Notes: a model not told the origin generated them from the sequence alone. Positions 40,511 through 53,503 are shown, numbered from the stretch's first letter. The stretch: DNA of 64,000 nt from Eledone cirrhosa (GCA_964016885.1 OZ024740.1:19282001-19346000); one strand, 5' to 3'. A program made the numbers and translations.

Positions 40511-42267
40511 ATGGAATTAAATAAGCAAATAAATAAAATTAGATAACATGAAATGAAATAAAATAAAATAAAATGAAATAAAGTAAATTGAGATAAGATA
40601 TATATTTTTTTAGAATATATCTCTTGAATATATCAGGGGCCCACGAAGGCACTAAGTGTCACAGTTATGTGTATCACTTGACCATTTTTTAAAAATATAT
40701 TTCTTGAAAATATCAGGGGCCCACGAAGGCACTAAGTGTCACAGTCACCAGTATCACTTGACCATTGCAAGGCAATGGAGGCGTCCCAGGTTGGGCAGTC
40801 TCAAAAGTTCACTCGAAAGTCGCGGGTGTGCATTCACACAGTTGAGCGGTGGGGTAATCACAAACCGGTTCACACCCGGGCAGGAGTCCAATGGTCAGAG
40901 AGAGGTGCATCGAAGGAAGGTAGGAGAATTCACGTGCATTAGCAAGCGAAGTGCAGGCGGGTTAGCCAAAGCAAGCAGACACAGTTGGAGCGCATACAAA
41001 AGATATATAAAAAGACAGAAGATATATAAAAAATAGCTTCAAGAGCCATGAAGTCACCGCATTGGGACATCACAAGATTGTACACATCAATATGTTCAGC
41101 ACGTATATGCACATATACACACCACATGCATATGCAGAGACGGTATACATATATATATATATATATATTTTATATACAGACATATACAACCACCTACACC
41201 CATACACATATAAATGTATACACGGACACACACGCATACACACACAGCGTAGGACACCCGGGTCAAAGCTGATATTAAACACCGAAATACCACATTAGGC
41301 CAGACCCACCACCACGGATAATACATTCAAAATAAATACATACGATGAGATGTAGTAAAATAAAGTTGAAATCCTACGGAGATAATCGTGTCCGCACGTG
41401 CCATTGCCCGATTCAAGTGTACACTTTATTTATTTATTTAAATTTAATTTTAATTTTAATTTTAATTTTATTTATTTATTTAATTTTATTTATTTATTTA
41501 TTCATTTATTTTATTTAATTACATTTAATTATATCTTATATTATATTATTTTAATTTAGTCTATTTTATTTTATTTTAGTTTACCTTATTTTATCTTATT
41601 TTATCTTATTTTATGATTATATTATATTATGTTCTATTTTATATAATTTTAATTTTAATTTTATATTATTTTATCTCATTCCTTACCCTGTATCACTATT
41701 ATCTGTATATTTTATATTTTATATGTAAGTTTGTTATGTATTTCTTTATATTTTCTTATATATATTATAAGTCTGTTTTTCACCTATTTTTTACCTACTC
41801 TTACCTAATCCTATCTATCTTATCTACTCTTGTCTGTTCTCTTATCCATGTGTATGCTTGTATGTAACTATATGTTGACAGCACCCCGCCCAACTGTGAC
41901 TGATAGCACCCCTTATTTTTCATTGTTTATTTTATTATCTTATTTTTATTTTTATTTTTATTTTTATTTTTATTCCTATTTTTATTTTTACTTTTACTTC
42001 CTTAATATCCTTTATCGTCTATTATTATTTTTCATTCTTCAATGTCTTGGATTTGTTATTGCTTGTATGGTATGTAATTAACCTTTATGCTCTGATGAGT
42101 CCCACTTATAGTGCGGATGAAACAATGTTAGCAAGTAAAGATATGCATATGCTATAGGCGTTCTTTGTTATTTATTATATCACGGCTCTGTCCTCAGACA
42201 TTGAGCTAACCTTATACTGCCTGCTGGATAAGTGGAGTGTTATACACCCCTGATCCTCTCCCTAGTA

Positions 42268-42270
<3 letters not shown>
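39691..42270 (+). mobile_element. ORF-less fold-back element: ~750-bp inverted arms (39691-40455 / 41425-42180), ~970-bp spacer, short 3' tail, flanked by (TA)n
   Basis: Arms are near-identical (mirror ORFs 40007-40261 and 41613-41867); each arm carries a hammerhead. Confidence 0.88.
42088..42133 (+). ncRNA. Type I hammerhead motif (mirror copy 39738-39783, minus strand)
   Basis: TGCT-CTGATGA-GTCC(CACTTATAGTGC)GGAT-GAAA-CAATG-TT-AGCA. Confidence 0.7.
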
Positions 42271-42322
<52 letters not shown>

Positions 42323-42434
42323 ATATATAAATGACTTCTACGGGAAATAGAGCTGTTTCATTCCTGGTGAATGAAACAGCTCTACTTCATATTGAAAGTA
42401 TTGAGTGCTCTTCATTTTTTACATTTGTAGCTTG

Positions 42435-43277
42435 TGTGTGTGTGTGTATGAGAGAGAGAGTTTGTCTGTGTGTATGCGTGTGTGTGCGTGTGTTTGCATG
42501 TGTGTATATGCGTGTGCGTGTTGTGTGTTATGTATGCGTGTGTGTGTGGATGTGTATGTGTGTGGATGCGTGTGTGTGTTTGCATGTGTGTGTGTATGCG
42601 TGTGTTGTGCGTGTGTGTATGTGTAATTGTGTGTGCGTGTATGTGTGTGTGTGTGCGAGTGTGTGTGCGTGTATGCTTGTGTGTTGTGTGTGTTCGTGTG
42701 TATGTGCGTGTTTGTGTATGCGTGTGTGTGTGTATGTGTGTGTGTGTCTATGTGTATGTATGTATGTGTATGTATATATATGTGTGTATGTGTATGTATG
42801 TGTGTGTGTATGTGTATGTATGTGTGTGTTGGTGTCTATGTGTATGTATGTATGTGTATGTATATGTGTGTGTATGTATGTGTGTGTTTATGTGTATGTA
42901 TGTGTGTGTGTGTCTATGTGTATGTATGTATGTGTATGTATATGTGTGTGTGTGTATGTATGTGTGTGTGTATGTATATGTGTGTGTGTATGTGTATGTA
43001 TGTTTGTGTTGGTGTCTATGTGTATGTATGTATGTGTATGTATATGTGTGTGTATGTATGTGTGTGTTTATGTGTATGTATGTGTGTGTGTGTCTATGTG
43101 TATGTATGTGTATGTATATTTGTGTGTGTGTATGTATGTGTGTGTGTATGTATATGTGTGTGTTTATGTGTATGTATGTGTGTGTGTCTATGTGTATGTA
43201 TGTATGTGTATGTATATGTGTGTGTGTGTATGTATGTGTATGTATATGTGTGTGTGTATGTGTATGTATGTATGTGT
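42435..43277. repeat. Degenerate (TG)/(TATG) microsatellite just upstream of the last exon
   Basis: Seen directly. Confidence 0.95.
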
Positions 43278-43311
43278 ACCTACATCTTACCTGATATTTT
43301 CATCTTCTCAG

Positions 43312-43572
43312 AAAGAAAAAAACGAAAGAGATTCACAGTGGAAAATGGAGGAAATGAATTTCTACAAAAGCCAACTTGAGAAATTTGAAGCGGAAGACAA
43401 ACACTTTCGATCGTTCGCCGATGGAATAATTGGGGAATGTAAGCAGAAAGGATGGAATATCTACCCCGTAGAACGTGAAGCGGGTTTCAGGTGTACATCT
43501 GTAGAGAAGGAGACCAAGAAAACGGCGAATATCTTCTCAGAAAATAAGAAACAGTTTGGTTATATTTGGTAA
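43312..43572 (+). CDS. CFAP210: Terminal coding exon of the CFAP210/CCDC173-like gene (86 aa + stop)
   Basis: catcttctCAG acceptor; ...EDKHFRSFADGII..CKQKGWNIYPV...KKQFGYIW* resembles the CCDC173 C-terminus (E..F..YA..VI......IYPL ... LGFTW*), recalled from memory. Confidence 0.75.
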   Translation, partial: KEKNERDSQWKMEEMNFYKSQLEKFEAEDKHFRSFADGIIGECKQKGWNIYPVEREAGFRCTSVEKETKKTANIFSENKKQFGYIW

Positions 43573-43867
43573 AACAAATGAAACCCGGTTGAAGACTGAG
43601 TGGAAGAATTTCAACGAGAATTTGTCATCAAAATTCTGTTTATATTGTACGGAAAAACCTCACCACCAAAAATAAGAATTTAAAAATGTGTAATTAAAAA
43701 TTTTAATAGATTTTTTTTAATTGCTTTATTTTCATTATTTCATTATTAATTGTTCTATTTTAGAGGTTGGCAGGTCTGCAAACGGAAAACGTGAGCAGAT
43801 TGAGATGTAAGTGTGTGAAACAGTTTGAGTTAGTAGGAAACAGTTACATACAAACACACACACACAC

Positions 43868-43899
<32 letters not shown>

Positions 43900-44244
43900 G
43901 TGCACGCAGTGTTTATTTAAGTCACCACTATGTTTAACTTTTAGCTTAAGTTTTTATCAGTTTATTTTTTATATAACCTTGATTCCTTGCTAATCGTTCG
44001 GAAAAAACGAATTTCCTAAATTCATCATCAACATTTCTAGTCTTTCACAATCTCATCATCGGGATGTGGAGTGTTGGTGGCTTTTTTACTGTCCCTTTTA
44101 TTAGGTGAATATATAAACTGTTTTACACCTCATTTGTGTTACCTTTTTTACCTGAATTTGACGTTTGACCGTTATTCTGTCACGTTCTCAATACATGTGT
44201 ATGTTGTTTGTGTTTATCTTATCATTGATATCTGGTATGAGTAC

Positions 44245-44402
44245 CACCATCATCTAGTATGAGTACCACCATCTGGTATGAGTACCACGATCATCTGGTA
44301 TAGAGACAACCATCATCTGGTATAGAGACAACCATCATCTGGTATAGAGACCACCATCATCTAGTATGAGGACCACCATCATCTAGTATGAGTACCACCA
44401 TC
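44245..44402 (+). repeat. ~22-bp minisatellite (TATGAGTACCACCATCATCTRG)n
   Basis: About 7 imperfect copies. Confidence 0.85.
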
Positions 44403-44681
44403 ACAATCAACCGTTAATTTTTGTTATGAATCTATATTATAAAATAGAAGTCTGTACGTCACAACATACGTAGTAGTCAGAAACAATTTATTTCAATTTC
44501 AAACTTCCATGCCCTGGGTCCAGAGCCCAGCCCCCTCCTCCCATTCTTCTGTGACACTACAATCTTACTATTCCCTCCCTTTTCAGGTTTTCTTCTTTTT
44601 TCTTTATATTTTCCTAATTTACACTCCATTCCTTCTTCTCAATCTAAACTTTCTTTTTTTCTTTTTCTATTAAACTGTATT

Positions 44682-45598
44682 TACGATATATTCCATAAAT
44701 AAATTATTATTCATTTCAAGCTAAAAAAAATAATAACTACATGGTTTCCCCTTCAAAGTAATCCCCTTCGAGTCTAATGCACTCTTCCATCCTTCTCTAC
44801 CAGGCTTCCCTGTCCTGTTGGAAGGATTCTTCTTGGATGCCCCTCAGCTCCTTCGTTATAGCCAACTTGATGGGTTCTGCGCTTTCAAAACGGGTCACCT
44901 TGATGATTCCCTTGAGCATGAGGAAAAGAAAAAAGTCACACGGAGCAAAATGAAGTGAATAAGGAGGTAGTTCTAGTATGTTGATGTTGTTCTCAGCCAG
45001 GAACTGCTAGATGCTGAGGGTGTTGTGAACTGCTAGATGCTGAGGGTGTTGTGAACTGCTAGATGCTGAGGGTGTTGTGAACTGCCAGATGTTGAGGGCC
45101 TTGTGAGCCGGCGATCTTCCGCAGGCCCAAATCTTTGGTGATAATCTTCCAAATGCAGTAGTGGTTCATGCCCATCTCCCTTGCGATCAGTCAGTTAGCC
45201 GACGATCACTCAACGTTAGCCTCAGTCCTGCCCGTTGGAGGCCTCCTGCTCCTGAGGTCGTCTTCCACATCCTCGCGTCCCTTTAAATCTTTTGTGCCAC
45301 TCGAAATTCCATGAGCGTGACATCGTTTCATCTCCGTAGATTTGCTGCAGTATTCAGAGTGTTTCTGACGGAGTTTTCCCCAGTTGGACAAGACTTCCGG
45401 TCGGTTTGCTGCTCTGTGTCCATCACTCGACGGCCTAAAATTGAACAGCTTTAATAAAAGCACAACATTAGAAAGCTGAGATCACAGTTATATACTCCCC
45501 GGATATTACGTCACACGGCGATGTAACCCGCTAATCCCTAGCCCACTCATAGCTCACACAGCACCCTAAGTCCTGTTATGTTACAGACATACCTCGTA
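44682..45598 (-). mobile_element. Decayed mariner-like element with an internal 26-bp tandem repeat (45001-45105)
   Basis: End TACGAGGTATGTCTG resembles the TIR at 28524; GREDVEDDLRSRRP, GDYFEG; left end uncertain. Confidence 0.75.
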
Positions 45599-45672
45599 TA
45601 TGTAGGAGGGGGAAGGGGTGGAGTGAAAAGTCGTTGTTGTCGAGAGAGAAACACAGTGAGAGAGAGAGAGAG

Positions 45673-45764
<92 letters not shown>

Positions 45765-46092
45765 GTGAAAGAGAGGTGGATTATTTATGACGTCAGAATG
45801 AATGCGACGAGAGACTTAAAAAAGATTTCACAGGTTGTTGTCGAGAGAGAGAGAAAGAGGAATACAGCGAGAGAGTGTGCGTGAAAGATATATAAGAGGG
45901 AGAAAGGGAAGGAATGAAAAGTTGTAGAGAGTGGAATACAGTGAGAGAGAATGTGTGTGTGTGAATGTGTGTTTAAAGCGTAATTCAACAATACAGTGAC
46001 CTCATAACAAATTGACTTTAAAAAAAGACCGTGTCATTTCTCCGTCACACTAATATGCATATATATATAATACATATAGTTATTTTTCTGGT

Positions 46093-46196
<104 letters not shown>

Positions 46197-46538
46197 TTTG
46201 GGTGTATGTGTGTCTTTGTGTGTGTAATTTACTGGCTGCGTAGCTACGAGTTTTTATTGGTTTTGTATAATAATTGTTTCTACTTTTGGCACAAGGCCAG
46301 CAATTATAACAGTGTATTACTGGTATTTTATTTTATCGACGCCGTAAGGATGAAAGGGAAAGTTAACCTCGATGTATTATCCGTATTTTCGTACCCAACT
46401 TCTTGAGGTGTCTGGTGTGGATTGCCGCACTTGTTCTTTGTTTTAAATACATTGTATGCCACTGAGAGAGTGTGCTGCACTTATATGGCTCATGTAGCAG
46501 TTGGCTTCATAAAATTTACAACTTTATATATCTATCTA

Positions 46539-46910
46539 TCTAGGGCGAGTAAAATTCCCGAGATCCATGGACGAGTTCTCTCCAGCGGTCTCTGTCCCTC
46601 ATTATCGCTGCCATGTCCTGCGTCTCCAAGAGACTAGTGTCTGTCTTTAGAGCATCAACATATGTTAAACTCGGTCTTCCTCTTCCAGTGTGTCCATGCA
46701 GGGTCTCCCACAGGAGCACTGAGTGCTGTGTCAACTCTGGATGTCGGTGAGCATGTCCAGCTAACCTCAGTCTCCTCTGTGTCACTTTCGAGCTGACTTT
46801 TGGGAGGTTCCCGTACAGCTCTGAGTTCTTCATCATCAGTGTATACTGATTAATGTTCAGAGCCATCCTCAGCATTCTCGTGTAGCACCCATCCACCATC
46901 TGAGTGAGTT
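46539..46910 (-). mobile_element. 3' fragment of the same RTE LINE family as 4910-8017
   Basis: ORF 46540-46899 (RRLRLAGH, GRGRP); near-identical to 7650-8017. Confidence 0.9.
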
Positions 46911-46957
46911 TGGAAATTGGTCGGAGTATCGCTAATAGCTTTCCCCGTTTATGTAAT

Positions 46958-46989
<32 letters not shown>

Positions 46990-48067
46990 CAAAGTGTTAA
47001 AACGATCAAATTTTAGTTTAGAACATTTATTTGCTGACAACTGTTTCTTCCAGAGGGAAGTCTGAAATCATTGGAGCAGAAGGAATGTCGAAACATGTGA
47101 CTAAAATCCTAGTCATTTAGAACATTTAGGGTACATAATTGTTATTAGTGTCAAAGGCATCATGTGGTGAGTCAGGAGTTAAAGAGATGTTCTGCTTGAA
47201 AGAACACAATTACAGGCAGCACTGGTTTTAATAAGTATAAATAAAATAGGTATAAATAAAAAGCACAAGCAAAAAAATCACAAGCTAAAGAAACACAGGC
47301 AAAAAAGTTATAAGCAAGGAAAACTGGTGTACAATGCAGGAGTCAATACAGTCAATAAGGCATGTATGAGGAAAGAGTTATACTGCAGTTGAAGTAAACA
47401 TATTTTGTGTGGGTTGTTAAAGCATGTTATAATTGTTATAAATGTTTAAGATAGTGTGCAATTTGTTAGAGAGGCATGTGGTGATAATGTATGTATTTGT
47501 TATGTAAGGTGTAATGCAAAGCACGTGATAGAGTTGGATATGTGATTTTCATTCAAGTGTTTTTGTTTTGTAGTTCGTAAGTATGTGTGTATGTTGTTTG
47601 TAACTCACAGATATTAACCATGGGATTATTTTGAGTCGTTTATAGTCAATAGGTGTTTGTTAAATGTAAATTCCTCCGAATTACTGGACATGTTGTTATT
47701 TTAGGTATATTATTTATGCATTTTTTATCTACAAATTATCTTTTCTAGGGTTTGTATTAACCGTTATTAAGCTGTTGGTGAACCGTTATGTTGCTTAATT
47801 TTATAAGTTTACACAGGAAGTTGTAAAGGGGGTTAATAACAAAGGGAGGTAATTAAGGTTGTTGATAAATTAAGGGTTGTTTTAATATTGTGGTAGTATT
47901 ATAAAGTAATCTTTATAGAGTATATAAAATATAAAATATTATTGGTTATATAATTGTTATCTTTTAAACTTGTGTGGAGGGGGTTAAAAACATTTTTTTA
48001 TTTAGTTTATTATAACTAGATAGTATATGTATATATAATATAAGGTATATACATATGTGTGAGAATG

Positions 48068-48141
<74 letters not shown>

Positions 48142-48195
48142 CATACAGATTGTGTAGAGATAGTTGAAGTTTTTTTATAACAGGCTAGTGAGTTG

Positions 48196-48476
48196 CAGAA
48201 TTCTAGGAGAAGGAAAACTCTGATATAACACCTGCAACCTTTGATGGTATCCAATGATATTGACTTGTTCTTCTTTTTGGTAAATATCATCTTGGTTAAG
48301 AGAGTGTAACTGGCTTTTTGCAGTGCCTTTGCTCACTATAAAAACGTCACGGCACTGGCATTGCTTTATATCTGGAGATCTCTCTGCACTTGTCGTCACA
48401 TGGTACCATGGGCCCAGCACTATGTGTCAATGATTGTCACAAGTGTAGTGTTTGTACCAGAGTTCTCAAGTCGCTG
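48196..48476 (+). mobile_element. Family A internal fragment
   Basis: Matches 28140-28416. Confidence 0.85.
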
Positions 48477-48493
48477 TGAAAGTGTATACTTTC

Positions 48494-48710
48494 AGACGTT
48501 CAACCATCTGGCAGGAAGGTATACGTTGCTGACGATAGCTCATAAGCTTGAAACTAGTACAGCCTTCCTTTGTCAGTGTTGAACAAATGAGCAACGATGG
48601 TTGCTAGACACTGTACGGCTTAATTCGGGATGTTTGTTTACAAACACACCGAGCATTATAATAAATGTTCGGTGAATCCATACGTACATATATATATGTG
48701 TGCATGTATG

Positions 48711-48802
<92 letters not shown>

Positions 48803-48844
48803 CTACTGTACGTCTGTATACATATATGTATGTACGTATACATA

Positions 48845-48850
<6 letters not shown>
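48494..48850 (-). repeat. Dispersed partial monomer of the 421-bp repeat
   Basis: Reverse complement of ~33260-33540 with an expanded (TA)n. Confidence 0.85.
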
Positions 48851-48897
<47 letters not shown>

Positions 48898-49382
48898 ATA
48901 TACATATATTTTTATGTGTATATTTATATATGTGTATATGTATATATGTGTATATATATATATATGTATATGTGTATATATGTGCGTGTATATGTATATA
49001 TGTATGTATGTATATATAAGTATATATGTATATATATATGTGTGCGTGTGTGTTTGTGCGTGCGCGCGCGTGTGTCTGTGTGTGAATGTAGCGAAGATAA
49101 TACGTCAGCAGTGACGTTTGCAGACAGCTAGACATACAGACAGATATTATAAGAGCACAACGGAGATGGATAACCGGCGCCTAACACCCCTTTAACAAAA
49201 GAAAATTGAAAATAAAAGCGGCAGTTAATATCTTTAGACCGCAAGGAATATATAAATGCTAGTTTGAAGTCAATCGGAGTAGAAATGTGGATTTGTATAG
49301 ACTTTGCTAAAATGAGGACACACAGATAACATCAGTTTTATATATATATATATCCGTCTGTGTCTCTTTACACACACAAACA

Positions 49383-49456
<74 letters not shown>

Positions 49457-49461
<5 letters not shown>

Positions 49462-49783
49462 AAAAAGGGATGAAATCGAAAATGCAACTGAAGTCTTATT
49501 TTTTTTAAAAATATATATATTTATTTGGTTCCTTTACCGGTTTCGCAGTTCTTCTGCTTTTCAAAAGGTGAGTTGAGATGGAGGGTCTGTGCACAGACCC
49601 TCCATCTCAACTCACCTTTTGAAAAGCAGAAGAACTGCGAAACCGGTAAAGGAACCAAATAAATATATATATTTTTTAAAAAAATAAGACTTCAGTTGCA
49701 TTTTCGATTTCATCCCTTTTTCTTTATACTTCCACTCGTGTAGGACACCTCGGTTATTTTTCATTTTGTAAAAAAAACCTCAC

Positions 49784-49790
<7 letters not shown>
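49457..49790 (+). mobile_element. Spacerless ~135-bp-arm palindrome plus tail; U3-A8 hammerheads at 49615-49652 (+) and 49531-49568 (-)
   Basis: Centre TCTGTG|CACAGA at 49591/49592; CCTT-TTGAAAA-GCAG(AAGAA)CTGC-GAAA-CCGG-TA-AAGG; (TA)n on both sides. Confidence 0.85.
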
Positions 49791-49871
<81 letters not shown>

Positions 49872-50598
49872 GGGATAGAGACAGGTGGATAGATAGATAG
49901 ATGAAATTTTGTTATATATAGCATACTAATCTTTACACCAAAAGTAAGATATGTTCAACGTTATTGTCGTCAATACCGCTCCGATTGCAAATGAGTTTCA
50001 TCAGCTCATAAACATAAGCAGAATTCTATAAGAATCCAGCTTAGTTTAGCTTCAGCAAAAGCGAGGAGATATGTGGTCTTGATAACGACTTATGAGTGAG
50101 AAACTGTAGCATCGTCGATTACTTCCCCCTGCCCTTTCTGAAGCTAGGTATATGACGCTCGTCATATATATATATATATTAGAATTGGTGCTCTGAAATA
50201 GCGATATATAGATGAATGTATATATAGTGTATTTTGCAATACACTGTATACTTAATTAAAAGCATTTTGAAGACCATACGCTATTGTTTTAAAGTAGCGA
50301 CATTGTCGCTTACTTAAATTTTCGGCAGACAGGGGAGATAAACTGATTTTAATTTTCAATTTCTGATTCTCATTTTCAATTCTAATTTTCAATTTCTGCT
50401 GGGCCGTCGACCGCTCTGTAAAATTAGTTCCTGATTGTTACTGGAATTCTATAAAAATCCAACACACAATTTTCGGCAGACAAGGAGAGTAGTGAGTTTT
50501 GATAACTCCCAAAAAGTACGAAACAGAGCTGTCAACTTATCTCCCCCTGTCTGCCGAAGATGTATATATAGTGTATTGCAAAATACACTATATATACA

Positions 50599-50689
<91 letters not shown>

Positions 50690-50857
50690 TTTTGAGTTTA
50701 TGTTGGTTGTATACCAACACCTCAGTATGCAGGCTGGAGCACTCGACTCCAGTTCCCCAGTGAATTAACAACCCAGCAAGGAACTGGGCATATCAGAGTA
50801 TTGACAATATCATACACCTAAACAACATATGTACTTGTCTATACCATACTAATTCAA

Positions 50858-50912
50858 ACTGCCTGAAGAGGTCACAGCCAAAGATGGCTGTCACTGAAAT
50901 ATATATAGCAGT
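50858..50912 (+). ncRNA. Type I hammerhead motif, canonical core
   Basis: ACTGC-CTGAAGA-GGT-C-ACAGCCA(AAGA)TGGCTGT-C-ACT-GAAA-TATATA-TA-GCAGT. Confidence 0.82.
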
Positions 50913-50956
50913 AATAAACGAAGCTAAATTTTAATCATTTGACTTTTATTTAACTT

Positions 50957-50990
<34 letters not shown>

Positions 50991-50995
<5 letters not shown>

Positions 50996-51874
50996 TATAA
51001 GCAGAACAAGCAAAATTCAACCAATTTTTTAAAATAAATTAAAAAATATAATTTAAATATTTACCTATTCTTATGGCTCTTACCGATCGGTTTCGCCTTG
51101 TAAAACACTAGAGACCCAATGGATTTCTAATGGAAAATCAAGGCTCATCAGAGAAGCATTTTCCCTTCCTAGGGCTAAAGACCCAGGAACGATAAAATAT
51201 ATTGTTATCTGCCAGCTAGCACAGATCCAAAAGGCCGAAAAATGACCTGTACGTGAACTACCCGAGGTGAAAGCGGGAAAAACATAGACGTGTTGTCTTT
51301 CTCGTTACTAAAAATAGCAGCTAAATAGAAACAACAGATTTGTTCTCAACAAATGGAAAGTGATAGAAGAAGTTAGTATGCCCGTGGGTACTAAGTACCC
51401 CTGGAAATACATAGGTTGTCTATGATTTAAGGTTGTTAACTGCTATTTTTAGTAACGAGAAAGACAACACGTCTATGTTTTTCCCGCTTTCACCTCGGGT
51501 AGTTCACGTACAGGTCATTTTTCGGCCTTTTGGATCTGTGCTAGCTGGCAGATAACAATATATTTTATCGTTCCTGGGTCTTTAGCCCTAGGAAGGGAAA
51601 ATGCTTCTCTGATGAGCCTTGATTTTCCCTTAGAAATCCATTGGGTCTCTAGTGTTTTACAAGGCGAAACCGATCGGTAAGAGCCATAAGAATAGGTAAA
51701 TATTTAAATTATATTTTTTAATTTATTTTAAAAAATTGGTTGAATTTTGCTTGTTCTGCTTATATTAATATTATAGTTCTGGTATGTCAAATTGATACCA
51801 TAGAACAACCTTAAATCATAGACAACCTATGTATTTCCAGGGGTACTTAGTACCCACGGGCATACTAACTTCTT

Positions 51875-51878
<4 letters not shown>
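50991..51878 (+). mobile_element. Doubly inverted ORF-less element, TA-flanked
   Basis: 50991-51321 is inverted at ~51440-51770; 51367-51437 is inverted at 51804-51875. Confidence 0.85.
51605..51683 (+). ncRNA. Type I hammerhead with palindromic stem III (mirror copy 51077-51155, minus strand)
   Basis: TTCT-CTGATGA-GCCTTG..CAAGGC-GAAA-CCGATCGG-TA-AGAG. Confidence 0.82.
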
Positions 51879-51928
<50 letters not shown>

Positions 51929-52117
51929 AGAAAGTATGACCCCGACGGCAGAGCTCAAGCCGTTTCGACGGCTATTTCTGGACTCAGAAATAGCCGTCGA
52001 AACGGCTTGAGCTCTGCCGTCTGGGCCGTACTTTTTCCTATTACCGACTCTACTACCCTAAGTATTGAGTACTCTGGTTCGTTATGGTCCATCTGGTTCT
52101 TTACCACAACTCCCTCG

Positions 52118-52192
<75 letters not shown>

Positions 52193-52343
52193 TTGTTCTT
52201 ACCTCATAGTGAATTTGGTTGGGCTTTTAGTGAACACTTCCAACAACTGTCTCTTCTCCCACTCACCCAAACCTCTTTCTTTATTTTTCTACGTTCCTCC
52301 TTTCACGCTTTCACTCATTTTCAGTTTCTGAAAACATAAACAC

Positions 52344-52691
52344 TTTCTACGTAGCAAACATATCTAGTCTTTGGCGCAAACATACTACCTTAAAGATGTA
52401 GTGTGTATATTTTAGTATGGGAGTAAGGGATAAATTTGGAAATGCATCTGTGGAAGTTTTATTCATTCTACTTAATTATTGGCATTTTGTTGATTGCTGT
52501 TAACAAGGTCAGAATGAAAACAATGACACAGTCATGATCACGTATACTTAAATACAAGATGTTGCTCCCCCTATTTCTACGTAGCAAACATATCTTATCT
52601 TTGGCGCAAACATACTATCTTAAAGATGTCGTGTGTATATTTTAGTATGGGAGTAAGGGATAAATTTGGAAATGCATCTGTGGAAGTTTTA
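52344..52691 (+). repeat. Direct duplication of ~118 bp, offset ~230 bp
   Basis: TTTCTACGTAGCAAACATATCT...GTGGAAGTTTT at ~52344 and ~52574. Confidence 0.85.
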
Positions 52692-52927
52692 TCTTTGTTA
52701 TCTTTCTATGAATCACGCATACAACTCACTCTATCGAGTAACTTTACTCCATAAATCCTTCGGAGGAACCCCTTTTCAAAATTATTTCTAATTAGCTTTT
52801 TAATGTTCCCTATATTGATGATGTTAACTTTAACTTAAGTATAGATTTTATCGTGGAGATGCGTCCCTGAGTAATTTATTTGAGTAATAATTTATTGCTT
52901 TAACACAAAATATTTATTTATGGATAT

Positions 52928-53001
<74 letters not shown>

Positions 53002-53018
53002 GGAAAACAAAAAAAAAA

Positions 53019-53055
<37 letters not shown>

Positions 53056-53058
<3 letters not shown>

Positions 53059-53305
53059 CGATTCTTTCCAGCGATTCTTTCCTGAGACATTCTAACCACA
53101 TGACCATAGTATCGGAGCTGTGATCTCTCAATTCGGAGAAGTAGTGACTCTACCTGGAGTGACTCTCTGATCTTCGAGCTACGCAATCGAATAACATTAC
53201 TTCAAAGACTCTTCGGCGGAACCCCAATTCAGCTGCTTGCATTCGTGCTCGTATTCTTTCGGTCATTACCCAAGATTCATGGCCATAAGTTACTCTAAGC
53301 ATCAA
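53056..53305 (-). mobile_element. RTE LINE C-terminal fragment
   Basis: [36 protein letters not shown]. Confidence 0.8.
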
Positions 53306-53503
53306 ACCAAGAAGGTAAATAGTAGAGGAAGTGTTGAAGTTCACAGATAATTTCTCGTTGTATGGAAGAAAAATTCATAGTTTTTATGTTCTTATTGTTT
53401 TGCCCCAGATTAATGCTGGTTCTGTAAATCTATTATGATAACATTCCAGTCATCGTATTTCATTTTGGCGGCTTAATGTGTTCTTCCGTTTTGAAGGTAT
53501 GTA

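Noticed and set aside
42331-43311. N-terminal part of the 413-aa ORF
   Set aside because: (TG)n intron sequence; a splice acceptor at 43310-43311 defines the real exon.
47300-47900. Decayed Penelope coding remnant on the minus strand
   Set aside because: Only vague motif resemblance; too degenerate to call.
49200-49350. Helitron-like non-autonomous terminus
   Set aside because: Resemblance from memory only; no second end or hairpin identified.
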